A stretch of DNA of 64,000 nt, taken from NCBI GenBank assembly GCA_963693365.1, contig CAVNZM010000007.1:3209979-3273978 (forward strand), read 5' to 3'. The DNA is from Amoebidium appalachense. Taxonomy: Eukaryota > Protista > Ichthyosporea. The notes beneath the pieces were generated by a model. That model was not told the origin of the DNA and did no database searches. It saw only the letters and a list, made by a program, of their open reading frames with translations. The translations under genes were made by a program, and so were the position numbers. Below, in pieces: positions 1 to 37,830 of this stretch (position 1 is the first letter of the stretch; each line of letters begins with the position of its first letter).

Positions 1-78
1 ACACGCAGTATATTCAGTAAAACCCTCCCCTCCTCCCCCCTCCCCCCCTCCCCCCCCCCCCCCCCCCGCGAAGTTCCC

Positions 79-116
<38 letters not shown>

Positions 117-126
117 ATCGCGCCAC

Positions 127-550
127 CTGCCTCCTACACCATAATTACCTACAGTATCTGCTGCAAGCACGTTAGGGGAGAAAAAAAAAATGTAAAAAAA
201 AAAGGGGAAAAAAAAAAGAAAAAGACAAGCCCCTTTTCGGATCACTGCACTGCAGTTTGCACTTACTCCTCATTTGCATCTATCCCACCGGGTGCTGCAG
301 CAGTCATTGTCGCTGTAGCGGGTGTCGTGCAGCCACAGGTGCACAAAACGAGAAATCCACCGCTGGCCCCACCGCTCTCCAGCTGCCCGGCCGCCACACA
401 CCCAGCGCACCAGAAGGTCTCTGCAGACAGGTCCACGTGATTGCAGTCAAATGTGGGGGACACGGTGGTGTTTTCGTTTGTGCACAGGGACAGAGGGAGA
501 GAGTGCGTGGGGCCAAGGCGTAGGGAGGTGTTTTGAATTGTGGCTGCCAT
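127..550 (-). CDS. 5' coding exons of an unidentified gene continuing off the left edge (exons about 267-550 and 127-160)
   Basis: ATG at 550 opens 95 non-repetitive codons ending at a GA|GTAAGT donor at 267/266. The next exon has a CTAAC branch site, TTGCAG acceptor and AG|GTGGCG donor. No recognisable domain. Confidence 0.45.
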
Positions 551-1741
551 GGTGTCCTACTGAGTTTGCTCAGTGATTTTGGCTCTTTTTCGCTTTTGTG
601 TTTAATATTTTTTCAGCTGATATCAGAACTTCGGAGTTTTGGTCGGTGACAAAACAGTTGAAAAGCTAGTAGCTTTGCCACGGGTTACTTTTTTTGTAGT
701 ATCTCTGTCTATTTGGTTGATGTTTGAGGGCGCTTTGGTTGTCGTGTTTATTTTTTCACTCCGAACTAAACCCGCACTACCGGATTAAGCGAAAAAAAGC
801 GTTGCAGTGGAAAGAAGGATGATGGAAGCTGCAAACAGAACGACGGTGAAAGCTTGAACAAGTTGTTAAAGAGTCTGCCTGTACGACGTACGTGCCTGCA
901 TTAGCAGCTAGTTGTACAGTGTATTTGAACATGCACCGGTCACGCTGCTAATCACACTTACGCGGGATACCCACAAACTTTGGGGCCAACGGCCTAACAA
1001 ATAGAACACGTGACAACATTGATGTCATCAGCACACACAGCTGTATGACAACTGTGTGACGCGTGCGAACGGGGCATGATGATGCGCCGCACAGATGCAC
1101 GAACATACATAGACGCGTGCACCGATTTGTGTATGCACCCAAGGCTTGCCGGCTGGAGTTTCCAGTACCTAGCATTATTCCCTTATTATGATTCATAGTA
1201 GATTTCTAGAAAGCAACGTTCTGCATACATACTGAGAAACCTTCACCAGGCCGAACTGAACACCTGCCAGGTGCCACAGCCAGAGCGAGGGAGGTTGCGC
1301 ATGCACCGGCAGCCCTCCGGGCGAACCTCGGGTGTCACAACCAATCAAATCGATGAAAGCTTTGGATTGGTTAGCAACGCACCGATTTGGAAATAGCTAA
1401 ATATAGTAAGTCAATAATTTAGTCTATTGGTCCAACAGATTTTCACGGCTCACGTGTGAGACCCGCTTCATGGCTTGCCGAAAAAAAGCTGCCGTTCCTG
1501 CCGTTCACCTCAGTTCTCTTTTTCCTGCACCGAGGTTCCTGTGTTTGCATTTTGGATCGTTTGAAGGCAAGTCTGAAATACGACATTTTTAATGTGCTCC
1601 TTCGCACTCTGGTTAAAAACTGAATAACGAAAGTATGCGACTGAAGGAAGTCACCTTTTAAGGTTTAACCCCCACAATCCCATTCCCACCCCACCCGCTC
1701 CCCCCTTCCTCCCCTCCCCCCGTAGCCCCCCGCCACCCCAC

Positions 1742-1773
<32 letters not shown>

Positions 1774-1969
1774 TTCCTCCTTATACACACCCCAAAGATC
1801 GAAAACACAGCGTCCGTAGAGAAAAAAACACGCATGCACAGGGACACATGCAGGAACACGCTACGAGCCTGAATGTTGGTCACCCAAAAGGACCCAGAGG
1901 ACCCTGCATGCATGTGGTTATCGTTCTCGAGCGCACACACTAGAATCATCACATAACAAGCACACAACA

Positions 1970-2207
1970 AAACTTACTGAATCACCTAATGAAACTCACT
2001 GACCCACTTAGCAAAACTCACTGACCCACCTAATTAGACTCACTGACCCACTTAACAAAAATCACCGACCCACCTAATGAAACTCACTGACCCACTAAAC
2101 AAAACTCACTGATCGACTTAACAAATCTTACTGACCAACTTAACAAATCTAACTGACCAACCAAAAAAATAACTCTCCGACGTAGCAAGAATCACTGACC
2201 CACTTAC
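1970..2207. repeat. Degenerate 21-22 bp minisatellite (AAACTCACTGACCCACYTAAY), about 10 units
   Basis: Repeated ACTCACTGACCCAC core directly upstream of the TMEM164-like ATG. Confidence 0.85.
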
Positions 2208-2265
2208 CATCGGGTAGGACGAGGAGGCATCCACAGTGATCCAAGCAAGTGTATAAGCTCCAAAA

Positions 2266-2984
2266 ATGGAGGTCGCAGAAACCCTGTTGCAGCAGTTGGA
2301 TTCTCTTCTCAGAAAGGTGAGGTGGGCAGAGATTCCCGAACAAATTGCACGATTAATTCGATCCATCACTACACCCCATCTTTCCCTTCTTAGATGCCCT
2401 CCTCTTCCCCGTGCCCTGTCCCCCTTTCCCCCCGCCCCTCCCTCCCCCCCCCTCCCCCCTCCCCCCCCCCCCCTCCCTCCCCTCCCCCCTCCTCTTGACC
2501 TACCCCGTGCTTCTCGTAACTAGGTCAACACCCCAATTTTTCCCTCTCTTACTTTCTACAACCATGGCTGCCAAAGCTTGAGGCTCACACCCATCTCTCT
2601 AGGCCCCCCCCCCCCCCCCCCCCCCTCCTGCTTCTCCTCCGTCACAAAAATCCATTTTCCTGCAGCTCAACGTATGTTTTTTTGCCTACCGGTCTTATGC
2701 TGTTGTATGTACGACGTCTTTACTTTTGTCTGTTCACCTTTTCTGCTGTTGCTACCCTTTCGCGTGATCCCCTCCCCGCTCCCCCCCCCCCCTTCCCCCC
2801 TCTCCAGGGGGGCCTTCTCCCGGCGCGACTCCCCGGCTCCCTCCCACACTATACCTTGACTGTGATATTCGTCATGTGTCCCCTATAACTTAACGCTTTG
2901 TACCTAAGCTTTGTGCTTTGCGCCTCACTCCCCTCCCCCCCCCCCCCCAAAAAAAAAAACAAAAAAAAACAAAAAAAACAAAAA

Positions 2985-3030
<46 letters not shown>

Positions 3031-3172
3031 CCCCCCCCCCCCCCCCCCCTACCCCCGGGCTCCCCTCAATCCGTCCATCGCTTCATTCCCCTCCTATCCT
3101 TCCTCCCTCTCTTCCCTCTCTCCCTTACTCCATACAATAAAAACACCCAGCCAACAAAACATTACTCACTCC

Positions 3173-3204
<32 letters not shown>

Positions 3205-4354
3205 CCGCCCCCTCCCGCCCCCTCCCCGTCCGGCCCATCCGTCCCTCGAACCATTCCCTCCATCCCTCACCTCTCCCCCCTCGCTCTCTCCCTTATTCCC
3301 TCCTCACGAACAATCAAAAACACCCAACCAACACAACATAACCCACTAACCCTAACCCAAATAAAATAATAAAAAACGTTTCCCCCCCCCCCCCCCCCCC
3401 CCCCCCCTCCCCCGCTCTCCTCGCTCTCTCCTCTACTCGCTCCTCACACACAATCAAGACACGCGACCAACTCAACATTTCCCTTTTTTTTCAGCTTGGT
3501 GACCAGCTAGAGTCATGGACGGCACACCACACAGTCGGCCAGCCCAAGTGGTGGTTCCGTAGCCCCTACCAGCACGTGCTGGAACTGGCCCTGTTCAGCT
3601 GGGTGTTGCTGGCTCTCTCCGGTGTGTCTCTATTCCTATCCCCCCCCCCCCCCCCTCCCCCCCCCCCCCCCCCCCCCCCCTTCCCCCCCATTTTTTTTGT
3701 GGAGACACCGGAATCCAGCTGATGATGGGCTCTGTTCAAGTGTCTTCTGCCTGCATGTTTAAGGAGACTCAGGGGATGGATTTTAGTTATAAATTGAGGG
3801 TGCGCAACGGATCGAGATCGACCATATTCCATAAATGATCCAGTCGATCAATTGATGCCGAACTGTCCGAAAGTTCAATTTGCACTATAAACCCCGCTTA
3901 GATCCGGAACAATTGGCCGCATAAAGTTTGGGAGAAAATGAAATTTCATTTAGAAAGTGGGGAGTAATTACCTAATAAATAGGGGGAGTGGTAGGCTTCG
4001 GTTGAGGCATAATCTTTTTCTTAGCATAAGCAATTATAGAGAGGGTATAATAAGACCTTACGAGGGGCTGTAATTAAACCTTTCTTTTGTAATCACCCCC
4101 CACTTTATTAGCAGGATTTTTTTTCAGGGCAAATTTATGCGTTCATTCTCTCTGGATCTAGCGTCGAAACTTAGACAGCTTGTAATCAAAAGCCCCGAAA
4201 GTGACAATTTTAGCCGGCTCACAGACTGGAATTTGATCGATTCCGATCGATTGGATCCCCCAATCACATTGCCGGCAAACCATCCCCTAAGTCTCCTTAA
4301 ATTGTTTAATATCGGATTTACCATTTTTGTGATGTTTTTTTTTCTTTTTTTTTT

Positions 4355-4409
<55 letters not shown>

Positions 4410-4499
4410 CTCCTTCATATTCCCAACCCCGTAACACATACATCACCTTTCCTCCTTATGTTGTCTCCTCTATATTTCCAACCTTTTAATGCTTACATC

Positions 4500-4559
<60 letters not shown>

Positions 4560-4930
4560 CCCCCGCCCCCCCGCCCACCACCACCACCAACACTTTTTTG
4601 TGACCTTTCATGCCTCGCATGCCTCCCCCCCCCCCCCTCCCCCCCCCCCCCCCTCCTTCCCCCCCCCCAGTGTGTGGAGGAATGGGTTCTGTTTATGTTA
4701 TGCTTACCACATATGTGTTGCTGATGTTACATACTTGCATGCCTGCTTTTGTGTGTGTCCTGCACTCAGTTTCTCATCGTGTAGTTGTACTTCAAGCCGT
4801 ACTCCGAATTCTAACCCCTTCCCCCCCCCCCCCTACCCCACCCCACCTTGGCCACTTCTCCCCTGCCCCAGGAGCCCTCATCCTTTTGCCCTCCCCGACC
4901 GTTTCCCTTTTTCCCTAAAGACCTTCGTCA

Positions 4931-4970
<40 letters not shown>

Positions 4971-5191
4971 TTCTCCCTCCCCCCCCCCCCCCCCGGGGGC
5001 TTCCCTGGCCGCTCTTTCGCGTTGATACACACGGGTTGTTGCTCTGTTTCGTCAGCAATCACAACGTTCGTTCTCCTTCCCCCCTTCTTTCCCGTGTTGC
5101 CTTTCCCTTTGTGATGGCATATCCTGCTTTCATGCTATGCTTATTCTGGATTCGTTGTCCGTCGTGAATGTGCACTTGGTTCTTTGATTCT

Positions 5192-5227
<36 letters not shown>

Positions 5228-6436
5228 TTCGTGGTTTGCACTCTTGCAATATGTTGTCCAATGTGCCCCTTTTGCTCTATAACACATTCTACCCTCCCCC
5301 CCTTCGTGGTTTGCACTCTTGCATTATGTTGTCCAATGTGCCCTTTTTGCTCTATAACACATTCTACCCTCCCCCCCTTCGTGGTTTGCACTCTTGCATT
5401 ATGTTGTCCAATGTGCCCTTTTTGCTCTATAACACATTCTACCCTCCCCCCCCTTCGTGGTTTGCACTCTTGCATTATGTTGTCCAATGTGCCCTTTTTG
5501 CTCTATAACACATTCTACCCTCCCCCCCTTCGTGGTTTGCACTCTTGCATTATGTTGTCCAAGGTGCCCTTTTTGCTCTATAACACATTCTACCCTCCCC
5601 CCTTCGTGGTTTGCACTCTTGCATTATGTTGTCCAATGTGCCCTTTTTGCTCTATAACACATTCTACCCTCCCCCCCCTTCGTGGTTTGCACTCTTGCAT
5701 TATGTTGTCCAATGTGCCCTTTTTGCTCTATAACATTCTACCCTCCCCCCCTTCGTGGTTTGCACTCTTGCATTATGTTGTCCAATGTGCCCTTTTTGCT
5801 CTATAACACATTCTACCCTCCCCCCCTTCGTGGTTTGCACTCTTGCATTATGTTGTCCAATGTGCCCCTTTTGCTCTATAACACATTCTACCCTCCCCCC
5901 CCCCTTCGTGGTTTGCACTCTTGCATTATGTTGTCCAATGTGCCCTTTTTGCTCTATAACACATTCTACCCTCCCCCCTTCGTGGTTTGCACTCTTGCAT
6001 TATGTTGTCCAATGTGCCCTTTTTGCTCTATAACACATTCTACCCTCCCCCCCTTCGTGGTTTGCACTCTTGCATTATGTTGTCCAATGTGCCCTTTTTG
6101 CTCTATAACACATTCTAACCCCCCCACCCCCCCCTTCCCCTCCCCCCATCTTTGCACGCAGTTGCGTGGTACTTCACTACGCACAAGCACAGACCGCCGA
6201 TGCCTCCTGGGGCACGTAGGGCAATGGACATCTTTATGGGGCTGTCGTGTGTTGCATGCACTTGCTTCCACCTCTACTCCAAGGTGTGTGCGTGTGTGTG
6301 CGTCGAAAAATAAGAAAGAACTGGGTTGACGACGGAATGGATGAGCAAGGGGGGGGGGGGGGGGGGGGGGGGAGGGTGAGGGGGTGAGGAGGATGGGCGG
6401 GAGGAGAGGCGAGGAAGTGTGTGTGTGTGTGGTACG

Positions 6437-6496
<60 letters not shown>

Positions 6497-7543
6497 TGTG
6501 TGTGTGTGTGTATATGTGTGTGCGTGCGCGTGAGTGTGTGTGTGCACGTGTGTATGTGCGTGTGTGTATGCATATGGTTGGGGGGGGGGGGGGGGTGTTT
6601 TGAGGGGGGTGGGGAGAGGGTGGGATAGGGGGGGGGGGGGGGGGGGAGAGAGAGAGAGAGAGAAGTTCGCTCTAGCGACCTCATGGGCTGTGGAAAGGAA
6701 TGGTTTGAGGGCAGACGCAAGGGGAGGAAAATGGGGCCCGAGAATGTGGATGTAATCGGTATTGTGCTGAAGCATGGGTGGGGGAGCTGTGGGGGGGGAA
6801 CGGAGTCAAGGAAAGATTTGCACCTTGCAAACGTGTCTAGGGTGAAACCACTAGACAGCGGATGGGAAGGTGGGGAAAACAGGGTACGAAGATGAGATAA
6901 CTAATTACGGGGGTTTTGCTAAGTGGTGATGGGGAAAGTATCCCGGGTAGATCGAAAGATGGTCGAATGGTTTTCAAGGAGAACCGACTGAGTTTCTTTT
7001 ATTCTCTTGTAAAGGATACGGCGCAGTCCAGTCCTGCCTCGTGATTGTGAACTATTTATGGTCCTTATGAGCTAATAATAGCCACTCACCCATGCAGCTG
7101 AGCAAGGGCTGGCAGCATCTTGCATGGTTTGTGATGCCTTGCCACGTCCTGACATACAGCTACGCTTATGTTCTCCTTACGTAAGCCCCTCCTTTCCTCC
7201 CCCTCCCCCCCCCCCCCCCCCCCAGGCTCTGCTTATTATGCATACTCTCCATGTGTGGTTTGCACTCGGCATTCTTACCCATTGTGAATGTGTACTTCGT
7301 ACTGATTGGAGCATCCGACCCCCCCCCCCCCCCCTCCCGTTTGCTGCCCGTAGTGTGTTTGCATTACTGGATGTGTGCCGGGAGAGTGTGGGGTGTGTGC
7401 CTTTAATCACCCGATAGGCAGTAGGTGGGTGGAATGGTAATCACATGTACAGGTCTGGGATGCAGATTAGTGTGCCTAAGGGGGTGCTTGAAAATGTTGT
7501 CTCCTTTCAACAGGTTGCCATGCATGCCAATGGATCCAACCCC

Positions 7544-7574
<31 letters not shown>

Positions 7575-7775
7575 AAAAAAAAAAAAAAGCTTCTACCCCT
7601 GTCCCGTCTTCCTCCAAATCCTCTCGCGCCTGGCTCCCCCCCCCCCCCCCCCCCCCCCATCCCCCCGCCTCCTGCAGTGCTCTCTCCATCAACACGCACA
7701 CATGCACGCTAATACGCCCTCATGCACGCACGTGTGTGTGCGCGCGCGCGCGTACACACACACACACACACACAC

Positions 7776-7850
<75 letters not shown>

Positions 7851-8491
7851 CACACACAAAACACACACACACGCGCACACACACACACACACACAATGGG
7901 AACGATCATCTGACAGAGTGTGCCCCCCCCCCCCCCCCCCCCCCTCCCTCCCCCACTCCCCCGCCTTTTAGGCAACACGGTGTGTTCCGTCGCAAGGTTT
8001 TCAACCTGTGCCTCTACTGTGGCTGGTTTCCAGTCATGGCAATGCTCTTTCCCGATTTCGACGATCACGTTTTCCGATTCGAAGGTCCCCTCTACATTTT
8101 CCACCACATCGTCCTAATCGTCGCTCCGATCTACTGCCTGTCGCGAACCGATCGGTTTGAATTGCAGCCGTTGAACGTTAGGTATGCGCTCGAGATGACT
8201 ATTGCCGTGACGTTCCTCAACACGCACATACAGCAAATCGCGTCGTATCTCTCGGGCCTTAACATCAACTATCACATGTCGCCGCCTAATCTCCCACTTG
8301 ATCTGTTGAGCGAAGATAAGTGGTATAGGTTTAAGGTGGCTGTGTTGTTGTTTTTCCTGGGTATCTCGTCCCGTATGATTATTCCACCGTCGGCTTGGAT
8401 GATAGTGGGCAAGCCGGAGAAATATTCCGAGGAGGGGAAGCAGAATGGGAAGGTGGAGGGCAGCAAGAAGAAAAGTAGAAAGATAGACTAA
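2266..8491 (+). CDS. TMEM164: TMEM164-family multi-pass membrane protein, about 300 aa; exons 2266-2316, 3495-3621, 6162-6283, 7098-7180, 7972-8491
   Basis: Five GT-AG exons join in frame (903 nt). Motifs SPYQHVLE, MPCH, AMLFPD, YIFHH, GLNINYHMSPP and KWYR match the TMEM164 pattern (LNPCH, ALLFP, YYIQH, VNLNNMLCP, PWYR). The putative Cys/His catalytic pair is retained. Confidence 0.85.
3763..4296. mobile_element. 534-bp non-autonomous DNA transposon (MITE) with TTAA target-site duplication, Kolobok-like ends
   Basis: Left end TTAA|GGAGACTCAGGGGATGG, right end CCATCCCCTAAGTCTCC|TTAA: 17-bp TIR with 1 mismatch. A homologous empty site with a single TTAA lies in the repeat copy at about 30670-30700. 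Confidence 0.85.
5222..6120 (+). repeat. Intronic tandem array of about 12 x 75 bp units
   Basis: Unit CTTCGTGGTTTGCACTCTTGCATTATGTTGTCCAATGTGCCCTTTTTGCTCTATAACACATTCTACCCT(C)n; copies near-identical and differ mainly in C-run length. Confidence 0.95.
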
Positions 8492-10769
8492 AGTTTGTAA
8501 TGGTGACAAGTGCTGTTCTGATTTGTCATTCTTAGTGTTTTTCCATCCCACCCCCCACACACCCACACACACTCACACACACACACACACCTTCCCCAAC
8601 CTCACCCTCACCCTCACCTTTCCTCATGCTCGATTACATGTGGCGGCGTGTTTCTTGGATGTTGTTTGGTGCCGAGTAACGATGAAAACAGTCATTACTC
8701 TAGTAATTGTGACGATTTCTTTTTTTGAACTCCCCTTGTGTTTTGAGATTTAAAAAGGGGGTTGATTTGGTATTATGTTGTTACGGGGGTAAGGATATTG
8801 AAAGCAAAGTCTGGGAAGGACACCGTTCCTGACATGAAGCACCGACTCTTTTGTTGTTGTGTGTTGATTTTACCACTTCCGTAGTTTTCGGATGCACTGG
8901 GATGATTGCCAATCAATATAAGGGTCACACAATATTTTACCTTTTGCGATTGGTGGCATACGATACATAGCAATTGTAACTATCAGCGTGTGAATGAATG
9001 TAAGAATAAAGCAGGTTTCAAATCTGACGGAGGGGGTGTCGAGTGTTCCTTTTACGTCTGTACACGTGCATCTGAATAAAAGCAAAAAAACCTGCAGCTG
9101 TTAGTGTGCAAGGCCCAATAGTGCGCACAGCTGGAGTAATTAGCGTGCACGCCGCGCCGGGTATTTACATCTGAGAGGAAGAAACTTCCGGTTTTGGGTT
9201 TAAGTATGCTATCAGTTCATCATGTTCACAAAGTCATATATAGCACGATTAGCATAAAGCAGATATAACATAACATATATATCTGACTGTATATGCGCAT
9301 GCACATGCACATGCACAAAGCACAAAAAGCACGTCACCAATCGTAATTGAGTCGTGGCATGATGGTAATGGACGTCAGCCATCTTAGCATGGCTCAACGC
9401 ATTGCACTGCAAGCAAATCGAAAAGAACCTTCTAGTTAGTCTCCACAGACACAGGGGAGCTATGTACCTCCACGTGCATTTATAACCCAGACCTCCAGTT
9501 AAGGCGACGAGGTGCCTATTTTCCCAAATTAGGCATTTTTGGAGACGGTCACTGGTGTGACGTCATGCATATGCCGTCAATATTTCCCTTCTAATCTTTG
9601 GAGGCCAGATATAGAGAGATGCGATTGGCTAAATAATTTTCGGTGGCGAATCGGTTCCAGCCGGCCGGCGGTGGTGATTGCGGAGCCCCGAAATGGGTTG
9701 CTTCAGGCAGCAAGAGTAAAACGCAATTTACTAACAGTTTCGACAGGCTGTTTACGTAACATTGTTTGAACAGAGATTAGAGCTGCAGAATCGTGCACAC
9801 ATATAGACCAGCTTATTTGTAGACATACGTCTAGGTGAGAATATGTTAGGTTCGCCTCGAGTGACAGAGAACGTTTCCGTGACTATATGACCACAAGGCA
9901 TCTTTCCTGTTGGCCAGGAGTCCGTTTCATGGTCTGCCTAGAACTAAGCATAAACAGGCAAAAGCCTTGTGTAGTTCGGGGGGGAAAAATGCGATCGTAA
10001 GCGTCACATGTACTAACTGCAGGGTCACGACGCTAAGGGACCCGGTGGGGAGTGTCGGGCATTGTCGGGCAGTAATCCATTCAAGATACTGTACGCACAC
10101 CGAATCTGCCTGTGTCAAGAACAATTGATTCTCTGTAGGTCTGTAAGAGGCAGATGGAAGGGGCGGAAAGAAGGAAGGAAGGGGAAGGGGAAGGAAGTTG
10201 AGCGTAGGGGAAAGCGGGGAGGGAGGGAGGGAAAGAGAGGGACGGGTTGGGGGGGAGAGGGAGGGAGGGAAGGAAGCACTCCGGTGTGTCAGCCAGCATA
10301 GCTCTTTTAGGGTGAGTAAAGGGGAGTTCTCTTGTTAGCTCCTAACGAAAATTTGTTGGAAAATCTTTGACATTAGACAGCTGCCCGTTTTTGACGAGAA
10401 CTGGAGCGCATGCTACATCAATGCATCACTTTTAATCCATCAGTTAGATTGGCATCTGGTTGGCTTTGGTAGCATGATCTTGTTCGTTGAAGCAAAATTT
10501 CGCAGACAGACACGAACGAATGCATGAGCCGCTGCATAGAGTTTCTAATGGAAGGGGAAGGGGGGGGAGGAGAGAGGGAAGGGTTGGAGGGGGTTCTGGG
10601 AAGGGATTACGGAAACAAGAACTTTACAGAAGGCATGTGTAGGAAGAAACTCAAGGGACGGTAGTAGAAAAGGGAGGAATGGATAGCTAGGAAAAGAGGG
10701 GTAGGGAAAGACACCAAAACGGGGGGGGGGGGGCGGGGGTCAGGGGGTGGAAGGGTGCAGAGAACCGGA

Positions 10770-10936
10770 AAGAAAGAGAGAGGGAGGGAGGGAGGGAGAG
10801 AGTGAGTGTGTATGTATGTGTGTGCGAGAAATGAAAGAGAGTGGGAGACGGAGAGAGGGAGGGAGAGTGAAGATGGGAGAGAGAAAGAGCGGGGTGGGAG
10901 AGGGAAAGAGAGAGAGAGAGAGGCAGAGCGAGCGAG

Positions 10937-11035
<99 letters not shown>

Positions 11036-11721
11036 CGAGAGCGAGAGGGAGAGAGAGGGAGAGGGAGAGGGAGAGGGAGAGAGGGAGAGGGAGAGAGAGA
11101 GAGAGGGAGAGAGAGAGAGGGAGAGAGAGAGAGAGAGGGAGAGGGAGAGAGAGAGAGGGAGAGAGAGAGAGGGAGGGAGAGAGAGGGAGGGAGAGAGGGA
11201 GGGAGAGAGAGGGAGGGAGGGAGAGAGAGGGAGGGAGAGGGAGGGAGGGAGAGGGAGGGAGAGAGAGGGAGGGAGAGAGAGGGAGGGAGAGAGAGGGAGG
11301 GAGGAGGGAGGGAGGGAGAGGGAGGGAGGGAGGGAGGGAGGGAGGGAGGGAGAGGGAGGGAGGGAGGGAGGGAGGGAGGGAGAGGGAGGGAGGGAGGGGG
11401 AGGGAGGGAGGGAGGGAGGGAGAGGGAGGGAGAGGGAGGGAGGGAGAGAGAGGGAGGGAGAGGGAGGGAGAGAGAGGGAGAGAGAGAGAGGGAGGGAGAG
11501 AGAGGGAGAGGGAGAGAGAGGGAGAGGGAGAGAGGGAGAGGGAGAGAGGGAGAGAGGGAGAGAGGGAGAGGGAGAGTGGGAGAGAGGGAGAGAGGGAGAG
11601 AGGGAGAGAGAGAAAGGGAGGGAGGGAGGGAGGGAGGGAGGGAGGGAGGGAGGGAGGGAGGGAGGGAGGGAGGGAGGGAGGGAGGGAGGGAGGGAGGGAG
11701 GGAGAGGGAGAGAGAGAGAGG

Positions 11722-11788
<67 letters not shown>

Positions 11789-11840
11789 GGGGGGAGGGGG
11801 AGGGAGGGAGAGGAAGAAGGGGTGGGTGGGGAAGGGGGAG
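10770..11840. repeat. About 1 kb polypurine (GA)n/(GGGA)n tract
   Basis: Nearly uninterrupted G/A sequence upstream of the HECT gene ATG, probably inside a 5' UTR intron (candidate acceptor CTCAG at about 12085). Confidence 0.95.
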
Positions 11841-12006
11841 GGGAGGGGAAAGGGGAGGAAGCAAGTGGTTTTCGTTTTTGGATTTTTGTTACACCAATAG
11901 AGAGCCATGCCTATCCCATTTTTTCACACCCAATGCTGACCCCCCCCCCCCCCCCAATACACACACATTCTCTCCCCTTGCCCCCTTACCCCCGCACTTT
12001 GGTCCC

Positions 12007-12057
<51 letters not shown>

Positions 12058-12126
12058 CCCCCCTTCCCCGCTCCTCCACCCTCAGGTCTATTTTTTCGTT
12101 TTTTATTTCTCCGGAACGCGGGAAAA

Positions 12127-36547
<24,421 letters not shown>

Positions 36548-37786
36548 GACGGGTGGCTAATATGGATATGAAGAGGGGAGAGTGCAGCTGGGAGGGAGAC
36601 CGGGAGAGTGCAGCTGGGAGGGAGACACACATGTATATGGACGGGTGTGTGTGTGTGTGTTGGGGGGGGGGGGGGGGGGGGGTTGTGTGTGCGTGTGCGG
36701 GTGTCTGTCTGTGTGGGCGTTAGCACGGGTGTGGGTGTATGTTTGTCGTATGGTGGCCTCTTGTCACGGCCTAATCTCATGCAGAGCCTGTTGATTTTGC
36801 GCCACAAATAGACCACAAGTAAACTGATTGCATTTTCATCTTTACTCATGTGCTACTGTAGATTGATACCGTCACAGAATGATATGAATGTTGATTTCGC
36901 TACACAAAATAAGCCAGATGTCGTTTGCCATTTGGCTTTTCTTCATAGAATATTGCTTAATATCAGATGTGCAAGTTGTGCCATTTCATTCTAGCGTTTG
37001 TGGGACTCTTCCAACTCTAAGCCAACCCCATACGCGTACGCTTATTATACGCGGGCACGCAAAAGAAATGTACGTGTGCAATGGCGAATCCTGCCACACG
37101 AGCTGCACACAACACGCATACACGCACCCAACAATGGGAAACTCACACACCGTCCTTGGGTTAAGACTAGGTATCTGATTGTTGTTATTCGGGTCTAGCA
37201 GCCACATGTTTTGTGAGCCTGAGTGGCTCAGAACCAAGTCAAGTTAAAAAAAAAAAACTATGCCCGGTTCTCTTGTACATACGTATGTCATACGTTGATG
37301 CTAGCATTTTAGTTATGTGTTGCCTAGATGCCTGCCATATTTGCTCATACAGGCTAATGTAGCCTGGGGCACAAATAATTAATGAGCAAACATACAACGC
37401 AAGCAACAAATTTGCAACTTGCTTTTCCGGATCCTATGCCTTTCCTCTGTACATATATGTGAACCTACTCGGTTTCAAAAAAGAACAAACCATGACTGAA
37501 AGGCAACGTATTTAAATGTGAAAAGTGAAATAACAGGAAAAGCGCAACTACTTAACACACACATACACAGGGACAATACACAGTCAGGCGTGCACACAAA
37601 CACAAACGTACACACAGCAGCTGACCCCCCTTGACTGGTTGCCCCGCACGCATTAATGAACATACACAATATCACACCCTATGTAGCTACATAATATTTT
37701 ACTGGCACAAACCGCCGCATCCTCAGCCTCTCCCCCCCCTCCCCTCCCCCCTCCCCTCCTCCTCCCCCGGCCGCCACCGCCCGTCC

Positions 37787-37830
<44 letters not shown>

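Noticed and set aside
1970-2207. Telomere-like or CRISPR repeat
   Set aside because: Contiguous degenerate 21-22 bp units with no spacers and no telomeric motif.
3715-3740. C/D snoRNA reading of TGATGA in the repeat head
   Set aside because: The hexamer is not conserved (TGAGGA, TGACGA, TAAGAA in other copies) and there is no consistent D box or terminal stem.
5222-6120. CRISPR-like or coding repeat array
   Set aside because: No unique spacers, reading frame shifts between units, and it lies in a spliceosomal intron.
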